From: an uncultured Bacilli bacterium
Lineage (GTDB): Bacteria; Bacillota_I; Bacilli_A; RF39; UBA660
DNA: 35,808 bases
Direction of reading: 5' to 3'
Assembly (NCBI GenBank): GCA_944351375.1
Contig: CALVPN010000003.1
Span: 1-35,808 of the forward strand
The translations under genes were made by a program, and so were the position numbers. Below, piece after piece: positions 20,528 through 30,016 of this stretch (the stretch's first letter is position 1; every line of letters begins with the position of its first letter). The notes under the pieces are model-generated. The model made no database searches, was not told the origin of the DNA, and saw only the letters and a list, made by a program, of their open reading frames with translations.

Positions 20528-21481
20528 TTATTTCATCAAGTATGAAAATATTAAAGCACTAAGTTTCCTGCTGTGATGTTTTAATGTACCATCAGCAATA
20601 GTTAAAAGATCTGCTTCAATAAATTCCGTATCTAATTTAGATAAAACAGGATAATCTATCTTAACAGGATCTTTCTGTTCTTTAGTTGCATACCTCAAAG
20701 CCATCTCTTCACTTATTTTAGAATTTGATGCTATAACTGCATCAAGTTTATGTTTACCTAAATAACTATTTATAAGTTTAACGTGATCACTTACAGTAAA
20801 GTCATCAGTCTCTCCTGGTTGTGTTACTATATTGCATAGATACATAATAGGAGTCTTAACTCCGTCTAAAGATTCTCTTATATCATCACTAATAATATGA
20901 GGAAATATACTAGTATAAAGACTTCCCATACTAAAAATGATTAAATCTGCCTCTTTAATAGCAACCTTTACTTCTTCTAATACTTCAGGTTGATCTTTAT
21001 AAAAAAGTCTCTTTATTTTTTTATCACTCTTAGTAATAGAAGCTTCCCCTTCTATAACGCTACCATCAGTCATCTCTGCCACAAGAGTAACGTTAGCATC
21101 TTCTGTTAATGGTAACACTTTATTTTTAATATCTAAAAGAGTACAAAGTTCATTAATAGACTCTTTTAAACTACCTGTAATATTTAAAAGAGATATAAGT
21201 ATTAAATTACCTAAAGCATGCCCATCTAAATCACTTGTGGTATTAAAGCGATACTCTAACATATTCTTAATATTATTACTAGTAGATGATAAACTACTAA
21301 GTACTTTTCTAATATCTCCAACAGCAGGAGCATGAAACTCTTCTCTTAATTTACCAGTACTTCTCCCATCATCTGAAACAGTTATAACTGCAGTTATATC
21401 TAAAGGGAAGTCTTTAAGTCCTTTAAGCAAATAAGAAAGACCTGTTCCTCCACCAAAAACTACAATCTTTTTATTATTCAT
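20528..21481 (-). CDS. yvcK: YvcK/GlmR (UDP-GlcNAc-binding, CofD-related) protein
   Basis: VVFGGGTGLS, TVSDDGRSTG, GHALGNL, GSLYTSI, NIVTQPGETD. Confidence 0.93.
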   Translation of the reverse strand: MNNKKIVVFGGGTGLSYLLKGLKDFPLDITAVITVSDDGRSTGKLREEFHAPAVGDIRKVLSSLSSTSNNIKNMLEYRFNTTSDLDGHALGNLILISLLNITGSLKESINELCTLLDIKNKVLPLTEDANVTLVAEMTDGSVIEGEASITKSDKKIKRLFYKDQPEVLEEVKVAIKEADLIIFSMGSLYTSIFPHIISDDIRESLDGVKTPIMYLCNIVTQPGETDDFTVSDHVKLINSYLGKHKLDAVIASNSKISEEMALRYATKEQKDPVKIDYPVLSKLDTEFIEADLLTIADGTLKHHSRKLSALIFSYLMK

Positions 21482-21488
21482 TTACTAC

Positions 21489-22367
21489 TCATCTCCTTGA
21501 AATCTCTAAAGCAACTCTTGCAGCCTCGCCCATAGCAATAACTATTTGATAATCATACTTATTTAAGGCATCACCTACTGCATAAATTCCATCTATAGAA
21601 GTCATTAAATCTTCATCTGTCTTAATATAGCCTCTATCATCTAAAATACCTAAAGACTCTAAAAAGCTAGCATTAGGAATCTGTCCAATATATATGAATA
21701 CTCCATCAGTAATTATATCATTACCATTATTTGTCTTAATAGTAATTCTATCATTCTTACTAAAACTTTCTACTTCTCCTTTTACAAAAGAAATATTATC
21801 TATTTTCTTAATCATATCTTGTAAATAAGCTTTCGCTCTAAATTCATTACGATATAAAACAGTAACAGACAAAGCTAACTTACTTAAATATATTGCCCCT
21901 TCAAAAGCAGCATCACTTGCCCCTACTACTACAACATCTTTATTCTTATATAAAGCCCCATCACAAACAGCGCAGTAACTTATTCCCTTAGTCCTAAGTT
22001 CATCTTCACCTTTAACTCCAAGTAATTTAGGTTTACGACCAGTAGCAATTATAACATAGTCACAGATATATTCATCTTTACTAGTAATAACCTTTTTCTC
22101 TTTATCTACTTTTATCTCTTTAACTTCTTCATACTTAACAGGAACACCTAAATCAGTAATCTGTTTTAACATCTTTAAAGCTAAGTCACTTCCACTAATA
22201 GACTCGTACGTTGGAAAGTTCATAATATTACCATTATCTACAATCTGTCCTCCTGGCATAGACTTTTCTAAAATAATACATTCTATCCCTGCTCTATTTA
22301 AATAAAGGGCAGCAGTCATACCTGCAACACCACAGCCTATAATAACCACTTTATATTTATTATTCAT
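21489..22367 (-). CDS. trxB: Thioredoxin-disulfide reductase
   Basis: IIGCGVAGMTAA, GGQI, IIATG, ISYCAVCDG, GIYAVGD. Start reset to 22367 (GAGG SD; overlaps the lgt stop). Confidence 0.88.
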   Translation of the reverse strand: MNNKYKVVIIGCGVAGMTAALYLNRAGIECIILEKSMPGGQIVDNGNIMNFPTYESISGSDLALKMLKQITDLGVPVKYEEVKEIKVDKEKKVITSKDEYICDYVIIATGRKPKLLGVKGEDELRTKGISYCAVCDGALYKNKDVVVVGASDAAFEGAIYLSKLALSVTVLYRNEFRAKAYLQDMIKKIDNISFVKGEVESFSKNDRITIKTNNGNDIITDGVFIYIGQIPNASFLESLGILDDRGYIKTDEDLMTSIDGIYAVGDALNKYDYQIVIAMGEAARVALEISRR

Positions 22368-23154
22368 AAAGCACATCCTCTCTATATAATACTTTTTTTC
22401 TTCGCACAAAAACAAAGTAAATACCAACAACAAACAAGACTACTGATACAAGTTGAGCCACTCTAATAGGACCTAACATTAAACTATCAAGTCTCATACC
22501 TTCTATTATAAACCTAATAAAAGAATACCACATCATATAAAATCCCATAAGTTGTCCAGTTTTTAAATTCTTATAAAATTTTCTAATTAATAAAAGTATT
22601 ATAAAGCCAATTACATTCCAAACTGATTCAAAGAAGAATGTTGGCACATAGTAATCTCCATTAATATACATACCTCTAATAATAAATTCCGGTATATATA
22701 AACTCTTTAAATATCCATATGAAGTAACACAACCATACGCTTCACTATTAAAGAAATTACCCCATCTACCTATCGCTTGTCCAATAATAAGACCAACAAC
22801 TAGTATATCCAAAAGTTTTAAAGGATTTAATTTATGCTTCTTACTATAATACCAAAGATATAAAAGTCCACCAAGTATTCCTCCATGAATAGCAAGTCCT
22901 CCATGCCATATATAAAGTATTTCTATAGGATTAGACAAGTAATATGGTAGATTAAATAAAACATAATAAAGTCTCGCTCCTAAAAAAGCAAAGATAATTG
23001 TATAGAAAAACATATCAAAGAGTTCATCTTTATTAACTTTTTCTTTTCTAAGCTCTAAAAAGACACAAATTCCACCTACTATTACCCCTAAAAGAATAAA
23101 GATAGAATAATAATATATTTTTATAAAACTTAAATCCAAAAACACTCTATCCAT
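22360..23154 (-). CDS. lgt: Prolipoprotein diacylglyceryl transferase
   Basis: GARLYYV, IWHGGLAIHGG, GQAIGRWGNFFNSEAYG, PTFFFES, RFIIEGMR. Confidence 0.97.
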   Translation of the reverse strand: MDRVFLDLSFIKIYYYSIFILLGVIVGGICVFLELRKEKVNKDELFDMFFYTIIFAFLGARLYYVLFNLPYYLSNPIEILYIWHGGLAIHGGILGGLLYLWYYSKKHKLNPLKLLDILVVGLIIGQAIGRWGNFFNSEAYGCVTSYGYLKSLYIPEFIIRGMYINGDYYVPTFFFESVWNVIGFIILLLIRKFYKNLKTGQLMGFYMMWYSFIRFIIEGMRLDSLMLGPIRVAQLVSVVLFVVGIYFVFVRRKKVLYREDVLYE

Positions 23155-23575
23155 GATGTTTTACCTTTCTTATAACAGGTTTAATAACAAACTGTTCTAT
23201 TAAAACATTCGCTACTGAGATTAATATTGATATGGCAAGTGCAACCCAGAAATCTAAAAGATTAAAGTACTTACCAAGTATCCAATCTGCAAGTTTTAAA
23301 ATAAATAAATTTATAAATGGATAAAAAAGTCCAAGAGATAGAGCAGTTACTGGTATTGTTAATCTAACTAACAAAGGTTTAACTGTTTGATTTAAAATAT
23401 AAATTATAAATGATGCAAGTATAGAAAAAAGTACAGGATGCGATGGATCTATATAAAATGTTTCAAAACCAAAGGAAACTAAAAAGAAGACTAATGAATA
23501 ACTAGCAAAATACAAAAGCCATTCTAAAAATCTATTTAATCTGATTTTTTCTTTTGTCTTTACAATTATTCTCAT
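23147..23575 (-). CDS. YvlD-like membrane protein ('phage holin family')
   Basis: Four TM helices, LNQTVKPLL..LTIPVT.LSLGLF...IN; typical uvrA-yvlD-lgt context. Confidence 0.85.
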   Translation of the reverse strand: MRIIVKTKEKIRLNRFLEWLLYFASYSLVFFLVSFGFETFYIDPSHPVLFSILASFIIYILNQTVKPLLVRLTIPVTALSLGLFYPFINLFILKLADWILGKYFNLLDFWVALAISILISVANVLIEQFVIKPVIRKVKHHG

Positions 23576-23594
23576 AGTCTCCTCCTCCTATAAT

Positions 23595-26402
23595 CTATAA
23601 CATATTCTTTAAAAACTGTCCTGTATAAGACTCTTTAACTTTACTTACTTCTTCTGGAGTACCAGTAGTAACTATACTACCTCCAAGGTCTCCTCCTTCA
23701 GGACCTAAATCTATGATGTAGTCTGCACATTTTATAACATCTAAGTTATGTTCTATAACAAGAACTGTATCTTTATTATCAACTATTTTCTGTAAAATTG
23801 CAAGTAACTTCTTAATATCTGCAGAATGTAGTCCTGTAGTTGGCTCATCTAAAACAAATAAGGTTTTACCAGTAGCCTTCTTTTGTAACTCTTTAGCAAG
23901 TTTAACACGTTCAGCTTCTCCTCCAGAAAGTGTTGGGGCACTTTGTCCTAGTTTAATGTAGCCAAGTCCTACATCTTCAAGTACTTGAAGTTTATTCTTA
24001 ATCTTAGGAACATTACTAAAGAACTCTAATGCCTCACTAACTCGCATATCTAAAACATCTGCAATATTCTTCTCTTTATAGTAAATGTTTAAAGTTTCTC
24101 TATTATACCTCGTGCCATGACAAACTTCACAAGGAACATAAACATCAGGTAAGAAATGCATTTCTATTTTCTTAACACCATCTCCCCTGCAAGCCTCACA
24201 TCTACCACCTTTAACATTGAAAGAAAATCTATTCTTCTCAAATCCATACATTTTCGCTTCTTTAGTATTAGTAAATAACTCTCTAATATCATCAAACACC
24301 CCTGTATAAGTAGCAGGATTACTTCTTGGAGTTCTACCAATTGGTGACTGTGATATATCTACAAGTTTATCAATATTATCAAGACCAAGTATCTTCTTAT
24401 GTTTACCAGGCTTAGTTTTAGATTTATATAAAGTATTAGATGCAGCTTTAACAAGTATTTCATTAATTAAACTACTCTTACCACTACCACTAACACCTGT
24501 AACACAAGTAAATGCTCCAAGAGGAATTTTAACATCTATGTTTTTTAAGTTATTCTCTTCTGCTCCTTTAATAGTTATATATTTGCCAATACCTTTTCTT
24601 CTAGTTTTTGGTATTTCAATACACTCTTTTCCACTTAAATAACGTCCAGTAACACTATTATCATTAGCCATAACTTCACTAGGAGTACCTGCTGCAACTA
24701 TTTTTCCCCCTCTATCACCAGCTTCAGGACCTACATCAACTAAGTAGTCTGCAGCAAGCATAGTATCAGTATCATGTTCTACAACTATTAAAGTATTACC
24801 TAAATCTCTCATCTTAAGTAATGAATTAATAAGTCTGTCATTATCTCTTTGATGAAGTCCAATACTAGGTTCATCAAGTACATAAAGTACACCTGTTAAA
24901 CGTGAACCTATCTGAGTAGCAAGCCTAATACGTTGTGCCTCTCCTCCTGATAAAGTTCCAGCACTTCTTGCAAGCGTTAAATATTCAAGACCAACATTCT
25001 TTAAGAAAGATAAACGTGACTTAATTTCTTTTAGCATAAGGTCTGCAATTTGCATTTTCTCTTCACTAAGTTTTAATTTATCAAAGAAGGTAATAAGTTC
25101 TTTAATACTCATTAGGGTAACTTCATAAATATTTTTATCCCCTACTTTAACAGATAAAACTTCATCAGCAAGTCTTGCTCCATTACACACTTCACAAGTA
25201 GTCTCTATCATAAACTTCTCTAGCCATTCTCTAATCCAACTACTAGATGTTTCCATATAACGACGTTCAAGATTATTAATTATTCCTTCATAATAATCAG
25301 TCTGATTAGTAACATTACCGCTTTTAGAAGCAAAGTGAAAATTAATTAATTCATCACTTCCATATAAAATTAAGTCTTTCTCTTTTTCTGTTAGTTTCTT
25401 AAAAGGTTTAGTAAGACTTATTTTATAATGCTTACACAAACACTCTAATTTTTTAAAATAAATATTATCAGTATCATCTCCAAGAGTAACAATCGCTCCA
25501 TCTTTTAAAGATTTATTTTTATCAGGAATAACTAAATCAGGATCTATTTTTAATTTAATACCAAGTCCCTTACACTCAGGACATGCCCCATAAGGTGCAT
25601 TAAAACTAAATAGACGAGGTTCAAGTTCAGGAAGTGAAAAATCACAATAAGGACAAGCAAAGTCTTCTGAATATATAACTTCTCCACTTCCAAGAAAATC
25701 AACAACTACTTTACCCTTACTAAGCTTAGTAGCAACTTCCAAAGATTCAAATAATCTACTTCTAATACCATCTTTTAAGACAATTCTATCTACAATTACT
25801 TCAATATTAGACTTCTTATTCTTCTCTAAAGTAATCTCTTCTGTTAAATCATGCATCTCTCCATTTACTCTAACTCTAACAAAACCTTGTTTCCTTAAAT
25901 CATCAAGTAAATCTTTATGAGTACCTTTCTCTCCATGAACAACAGGAGCCATTATAACAAGTTTAGTTCCTTCTTCACGTTCTAATATTTTATTAGTCAT
26001 CTCTTCAATACTTTGACTAGTTATAGGAATATTATGATTAGGACAATATGGAACACCAACTCTTGCAAATAAAAGACGTAAGTAATCATATATTTCTGTA
26101 ACAGTACCAACAGTACTACGAGGATTCTTACTAGTAGTCTTTTGATCGATACTAATCGCAGGACTAAGCCCTTCTATAGAGTCTACATCAGGCTTTTCCG
26201 TCCCCCCAAGAAATTGTCTAGCATAAGCAGACAAACTCTCTACATATCTTCTTTGTCCTTCTGCATATATCGTATCAAAAGCAAGAGAAGATTTACCACT
26301 ACCACTAACACCTGTCATTACAATTAATTTATCTTTAGGTAACTCTATTGAAACATTCTTTAAATTATTTTCTCTAGCCCCTTTAACTATTATTTTATCC
26401 AC
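23595..26402 (-). CDS. uvrA: Excinuclease ABC subunit UvrA
   Basis: Two ABC domains ([10 protein letters not shown] twice, LSGGEAQR and [12 protein letters not shown]) and Zn-finger CxxC pairs; GTG start. Confidence 0.99.
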   Translation of the reverse strand: MDKIIVKGARENNLKNVSIELPKDKLIVMTGVSGSGKSSLAFDTIYAEGQRRYVESLSAYARQFLGGTEKPDVDSIEGLSPAISIDQKTTSKNPRSTVGTVTEIYDYLRLLFARVGVPYCPNHNIPITSQSIEEMTNKILEREEGTKLVIMAPVVHGEKGTHKDLLDDLRKQGFVRVRVNGEMHDLTEEITLEKNKKSNIEVIVDRIVLKDGIRSRLFESLEVATKLSKGKVVVDFLGSGEVIYSEDFACPYCDFSLPELEPRLFSFNAPYGACPECKGLGIKLKIDPDLVIPDKNKSLKDGAIVTLGDDTDNIYFKKLECLCKHYKISLTKPFKKLTEKEKDLILYGSDELINFHFASKSGNVTNQTDYYEGIINNLERRYMETSSSWIREWLEKFMIETTCEVCNGARLADEVLSVKVGDKNIYEVTLMSIKELITFFDKLKLSEEKMQIADLMLKEIKSRLSFLKNVGLEYLTLARSAGTLSGGEAQRIRLATQIGSRLTGVLYVLDEPSIGLHQRDNDRLINSLLKMRDLGNTLIVVEHDTDTMLAADYLVDVGPEAGDRGGKIVAAGTPSEVMANDNSVTGRYLSGKECIEIPKTRRKGIGKYITIKGAEENNLKNIDVKIPLGAFTCVTGVSGSGKSSLINEILVKAASNTLYKSKTKPGKHKKILGLDNIDKLVDISQSPIGRTPRSNPATYTGVFDDIRELFTNTKEAKMYGFEKNRFSFNVKGGRCEACRGDGVKKIEMHFLPDVYVPCEVCHGTRYNRETLNIYYKEKNIADVLDMRVSEALEFFSNVPKIKNKLQVLEDVGLGYIKLGQSAPTLSGGEAERVKLAKELQKKATGKTLFVLDEPTTGLHSADIKKLLAILQKIVDNKDTVLVIEHNLDVIKCADYIIDLGPEGGDLGGSIVTTGTPEEVSKVKESYTGQFLKNML

Positions 26403-26520
26403 TGTATATCACTTCCTTAAAACGCTATATATTATAATACAAAATAATACTTTTTTCTACTACCAAAATATACCATAAGTATAACAAATAGTCAAACAAA
26501 TTTTCTATAATAAGTAAATA

Positions 26521-26552
26521 ATAAAAGTATAGACCATTTTCTAATCTATACT
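26521..26552 (-). terminator. Intrinsic terminator after the 26554-27240 gene
   Basis: Minus strand AGTATAGATTA-GAAAA-TGGTCTATACT (11-bp stem with 2 G-U pairs) followed by TTTATT. Confidence 0.7.
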
Positions 26553-26553
26553 A

Positions 26554-27240
26554 TTATCTTTGTCCTAATAAGAAAGCAATTAAAGGTATTAAAATACTAC
26601 TAGCGATTACAACAAATGCTAAAGCATAATTAGTAACAAAAGCTGCTATATCATTATCTTTCTTCTTAGGAAGTGGCATTGGAATAATCTTATTATCATC
26701 ATCTTCTCCATAATGACCTGTTCTCTTAACTTTACTTATACCTCTACCGCCTTCTTCTTCAAGAGCCTTATTAAGTTTAGTAATTTCCTGCTTGTTTTTA
26801 ATTTCTATATAATCACACAAATAAGTATGACCGCCACTAACTACTATCATCTGATAATAATTAACTAAATTCTCTGGTATAAATATTTTAAACTGTGGAT
26901 AATTCTCTTTCAAAAACTGCGGTCTTAAATGTTCTAATGTTTCCGACAAAATACCTATTTCTAAGAAAGCTAAATTATATATATTATTATTTATCTTATT
27001 AGTAATATCATCATCCATTACATCTATGCTTTTAAAATTAACATAATCTTCATTATTACTAGTAACACCTACTACTATATTTTTAGGATTAAAGTTAATA
27101 ACATAATACCCTTTACCATGAATATATTTCATAGTAGAATCCATAACATAAAAAAGACGTGTATATTCATCATTATTATGATAAGTCTTAGTATACTCAT
27201 CTAATGTTGATTCAAAAGGAAATCTAATTATCTCTCCCAT
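26554..27240 (-). CDS. Hypothetical C-terminally membrane-anchored protein with a degenerate kinase C-lobe-like region
   Basis: MKYIHGKGYYVINFNPKNIVV resembles L.YLH..GIVHRDLKP.NILV; NNIYNLAFL resembles SDIYSLG; hydrophobic C-terminal helix. Confidence 0.75.
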   Translation of the reverse strand: MGEIIRFPFESTLDEYTKTYHNNDEYTRLFYVMDSTMKYIHGKGYYVINFNPKNIVVGVTSNNEDYVNFKSIDVMDDDITNKINNNIYNLAFLEIGILSETLEHLRPQFLKENYPQFKIFIPENLVNYYQMIVVSGGHTYLCDYIEIKNKQEITKLNKALEEEGGRGISKVKRTGHYGEDDDNKIIPMPLPKKKDNDIAAFVTNYALAFVVIASSILIPLIAFLLGQR

Positions 27241-27306
27241 AGGAAATCACCGTCTTTTCTATCTTTCTATTCTTTATACTATAATTTTATAGCATTTTAA
27301 GATTAA

Positions 27307-27555
27307 TTACAATAGGCGTTTATATTCAAGGATCAACTCTCTAGCTCTAGTTGTCTTAACAGAACCCAACCAATAATCTTCAGGACTGCCTCCCATTATT
27401 AAAGAAACTCTATCATTATTTTTTAACTAATAATCAAGTAGTACTTCTTTTCCATTAACAATCTCTCTATCTAGATTATAACTAGTACTATCATCTTCTA
27501 ACAATACTAAATCTATAAGAGTAGAACCTAAAGGAAATTCAATAGTTAAATATAT
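27307..27555 (-). pseudogene. RelA/SpoT-family remnant (TGS + AH region)
   Basis: Frame reads IYLTIEFPLGSTLIDL...IVNGKEVLLDY*(TAG 27427-27429)LKNNDRVSLI..GSPEDYWLGSVKTTRARELI...*, matching Rel LP.G.T.IDF...VNGK.V.L.Y.LKNGD.VEI...PS.DWL..VKT..AR..I. No start codon. Confidence 0.8.
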
Positions 27556-27625
27556 CTAAAGAATCTCTCATAATACTACTACATCTCAAAGATTAGAAAG
27601 ATAATGTCAAAAAAATAAGTATTTG

Positions 27626-28195
27626 TCAACAACAATATTTAATTTTTTCTTTCATTGCTTTAATAACCCTACTAATATGAGAAGAACTAACATCTAAAAG
27701 TTTAGTTATTTCATAATATTTAAAGTTATTTATTCTCAAAGTAATAATCGCTGCATCTTCTATACTTACACTATATAAGTAATCTTTTACCTCATCGTAC
27801 ACATCTAAATCATCTATAATGTCATATGGATCTTTTGCATTACTATCCCTAACTTCATATTCTAATTCTCGATATTTTAAAAGAGGTCTATTCTTAAGCG
27901 TAAGAATACTTCTATACATATAATTAAAACTAGATGTTAAACATACTAAAAGAAAAGAATAAAACAAAGTTCCTTTATTAGAATCAAATTTCTTAATAGC
28001 ATGATTAAAAGCAATGATACCTTCCTGTAAGAAATCATCAAGAGTAAAACCCTCATAGTGATTAGTTTTTAAATAATTATAATATTCCAAAGCTTTGCCA
28101 TAAATAACAGGTTTATACTTTTTAAGCATGATATTATAGGCCACTTCATCATTATCATAAATTAAATCTAAAAGCTCATAATCATTATATTTCAT
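27626..28195 (-). CDS. sigH: SigH/ComX-like alternative sigma-70 factor
   Basis: D.EL...D..A...L.KYKP, DDFLQEG.IA...AI..FD..KG..F, C-terminal HTH; canonical position after rlmB. Confidence 0.75.
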   Translation of the reverse strand: MKYNDYELLDLIYDNDEVAYNIMLKKYKPVIYGKALEYYNYLKTNHYEGFTLDDFLQEGIIAFNHAIKKFDSNKGTLFYSFLLVCLTSSFNYMYRSILTLKNRPLLKYRELEYEVRDSNAKDPYDIIDDLDVYDEVKDYLYSVSIEDAAIITLRINNFKYYEITKLLDVSSSHISRVIKAMKEKIKYCC

Positions 28196-28200
28196 AAATC

Positions 28201-28905
28201 CTACTTTCTATTTCGGACTACCTCATATATCAATATACCAGCTGCAACAGAAGCATTTAAACTATCTATTTTAGGACTAATAGGAATAGTCACTAAAAAG
28301 TCACAATTTTCTTTAACTAGCTTACTAATACCTTTCTCTTCATTTCCAATAATAAGACAGGCTTTTCCATTATAATCTACTTCTCTATAGTCTTCCCCAT
28401 TCATAACAGTACCATATATCCAAAAACCATTATCTTTAAGAATCTTAATAGTATTATTAAGATTAGTAACTAAAACTATATCAATATCAAATACTGTACC
28501 TACACTAGTCTTAACAACAGTAGAATTTATAAGCACTTGTCTATCATTAGGAATAATAATTGCATTAAAACCAGCCGCTACCGCTGTTCTAATAATTGCT
28601 CCAAAATTATGAGGATCAAGAATATGATCTAATATAAGTACTTTATCATATTCTTTTTCTATAATTTTATTTAAAGACGTATATTGATAGTCCTCCATAT
28701 CAATGATTATACCCTGGTGAACACCATCTGCCAAATTATCAAGTTCTAATTTTGACATAAATCTAATCCTAGATTTTAAATTTTCACTAGATAAAATTTC
28801 ATTTTTCTCATAATAATTTTTTTCAACATATATTTTTCTTACTTTTTTCAATTTTTTTTCATCTTTAAGTATTCTTTCTGCCACATTTCTTCCATACACT
28901 AACAT
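28201..28905 (-). CDS. rlmB: 23S rRNA (guanosine2251-2'-O)-methyltransferase RlmB
   Basis: VYGRN, HQGI, LDHILDPHNFGAIIRT, IGNEEKGIS, DSLNASVAAGILIYEV. Confidence 0.95.
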   Translation of the reverse strand: MLVYGRNVAERILKDEKKLKKVRKIYVEKNYYEKNEILSSENLKSRIRFMSKLELDNLADGVHQGIIIDMEDYQYTSLNKIIEKEYDKVLILDHILDPHNFGAIIRTAVAAGFNAIIIPNDRQVLINSTVVKTSVGTVFDIDIVLVTNLNNTIKILKDNGFWIYGTVMNGEDYREVDYNGKACLIIGNEEKGISKLVKENCDFLVTIPISPKIDSLNASVAAGILIYEVVRNRK

Positions 28906-28907
28906 AA

Positions 28908-29282
28908 CTATTCCTCCGTAATAAACTTCATAACTTCATCTATTCTATCTACTCTACTACTAAGTTTCAAATACCCAATTAGTGCTTCTATTGCTGTCGC
29001 TTTTTTATATTCTATCACACTACAACCTTTAGGATTAGCATGACTCTTAGCATTTCTAGCCCGTTTAATAACACTAATCTCATCTTCATTAAAAAAGTCA
29101 CTATCTAACATTTTATCTAAAAAATAAGCTTGTCTTTTCGCACTAACATAATTAATAGACTCCTTCTGCAAATCATTAACTTTATTAATTTTTTTGCGGG
29201 TTAAATACATTCTAATATACTCTTCATAAACTGCATCACCAAGATAAGCAAGTACTAAAGAATTAACACATCTAATATCCAT
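28908..29282 (-). CDS. mrnC: Mini-ribonuclease III
   Basis: LAYLGDAVYE, VSAKRQA, KRARNA, YKKATAIEALIGYL. Start reset to 29282 behind GGGGAG. Confidence 0.93.
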   Translation of the reverse strand: MDIRCVNSLVLAYLGDAVYEEYIRMYLTRKKINKVNDLQKESINYVSAKRQAYFLDKMLDSDFFNEDEISVIKRARNAKSHANPKGCSVIEYKKATAIEALIGYLKLSSRVDRIDEVMKFITEE

Positions 29283-29316
29283 AAACATCTCCCCTAAAGA
29301 AAAAAGACTAAAAAGT

Positions 29317-30006
29317 CTAATCTCTATCATTACCCATAACAATTAAAACTAATCTTAGTAGTTCTAATAATGTTGATATTAAAGAAGCAACATAAGTCAT
29401 AGCAGCTGCCATCAACATAGAACTAGCCATAGATTTCTCGCTTGTTTCAACTACTTTTAACTTACTAAGAAACATTTTACCTCTTTTAGAAGCATTAAAC
29501 TCAACAGGTAAAGTAATAAGTTGAAATAATAATATTGCCACTAAAAGGAATATACCAACCCAAGCAAGATCCATAGAACCAAAGATAAGACCAATTAAAA
29601 CAGCTAAATAACCAAACTTAGAACTAAAATTAACAATAGGTACTAAGAAAGATCTAAACCTTAAAAAGAAATATCCTTCCTTATCTTGAACAGCATGTCC
29701 ACATTCATGAGCAGCCACACTAACACTGGCAATAGAGTTCCCATTGTATATATCAGTAGAAAGTCTAACAACTTTAGCTCTTGGATCATAATGGTCAGTC
29801 AAATATCCTCTAGTCTCTACAACATAAATATCCTCTAATCCATTATCTTTTAATATTTCTCTAGCAACTTCTGCTCCTGTCATCCCACTTTTAACTTTAA
29901 CTTTTTTATATTTCTTATATCTTGTTCTTAAATAAATATCTGCAACAAGAGTTATAAGAAAAGCAAGTATAACAAGTCCATATCCAAAATACATATAATA
30001 AAACAT
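29317..30006 (-). CDS. YugP-like membrane zinc metallopeptidase (Zn_peptidase_2)
   Basis: TGAEVAREIL, LTDHYDP, AAHECGHAVQ (HExxH), TLPVEFNASKR, AAAMTYVA. Confidence 0.92.
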   Translation of the reverse strand: MFYYMYFGYGLVILAFLITLVADIYLRTRYKKYKKVKVKSGMTGAEVAREILKDNGLEDIYVVETRGYLTDHYDPRAKVVRLSTDIYNGNSIASVSVAAHECGHAVQDKEGYFFLRFRSFLVPIVNFSSKFGYLAVLIGLIFGSMDLAWVGIFLLVAILLFQLITLPVEFNASKRGKMFLSKLKVVETSEKSMASSMLMAAAMTYVASLISTLLELLRLVLIVMGNDRD

Positions 30007-30016
30007 TTAAAACCTC

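Noticed and set aside
23147-23575. Prophage suggested by the 'phage holin family' protein
   Set aside because: It is the housekeeping YvlD-type gene in its usual uvrA-lgt context; there are no phage genes nearby.
26493-26506. Possible LexA (SOS) box upstream of uvrA (minus strand AGAAAATTTGTTTG)
   Set aside because: Too degenerate from CGAAC-N4-GTTCG to call in such AT-rich DNA.
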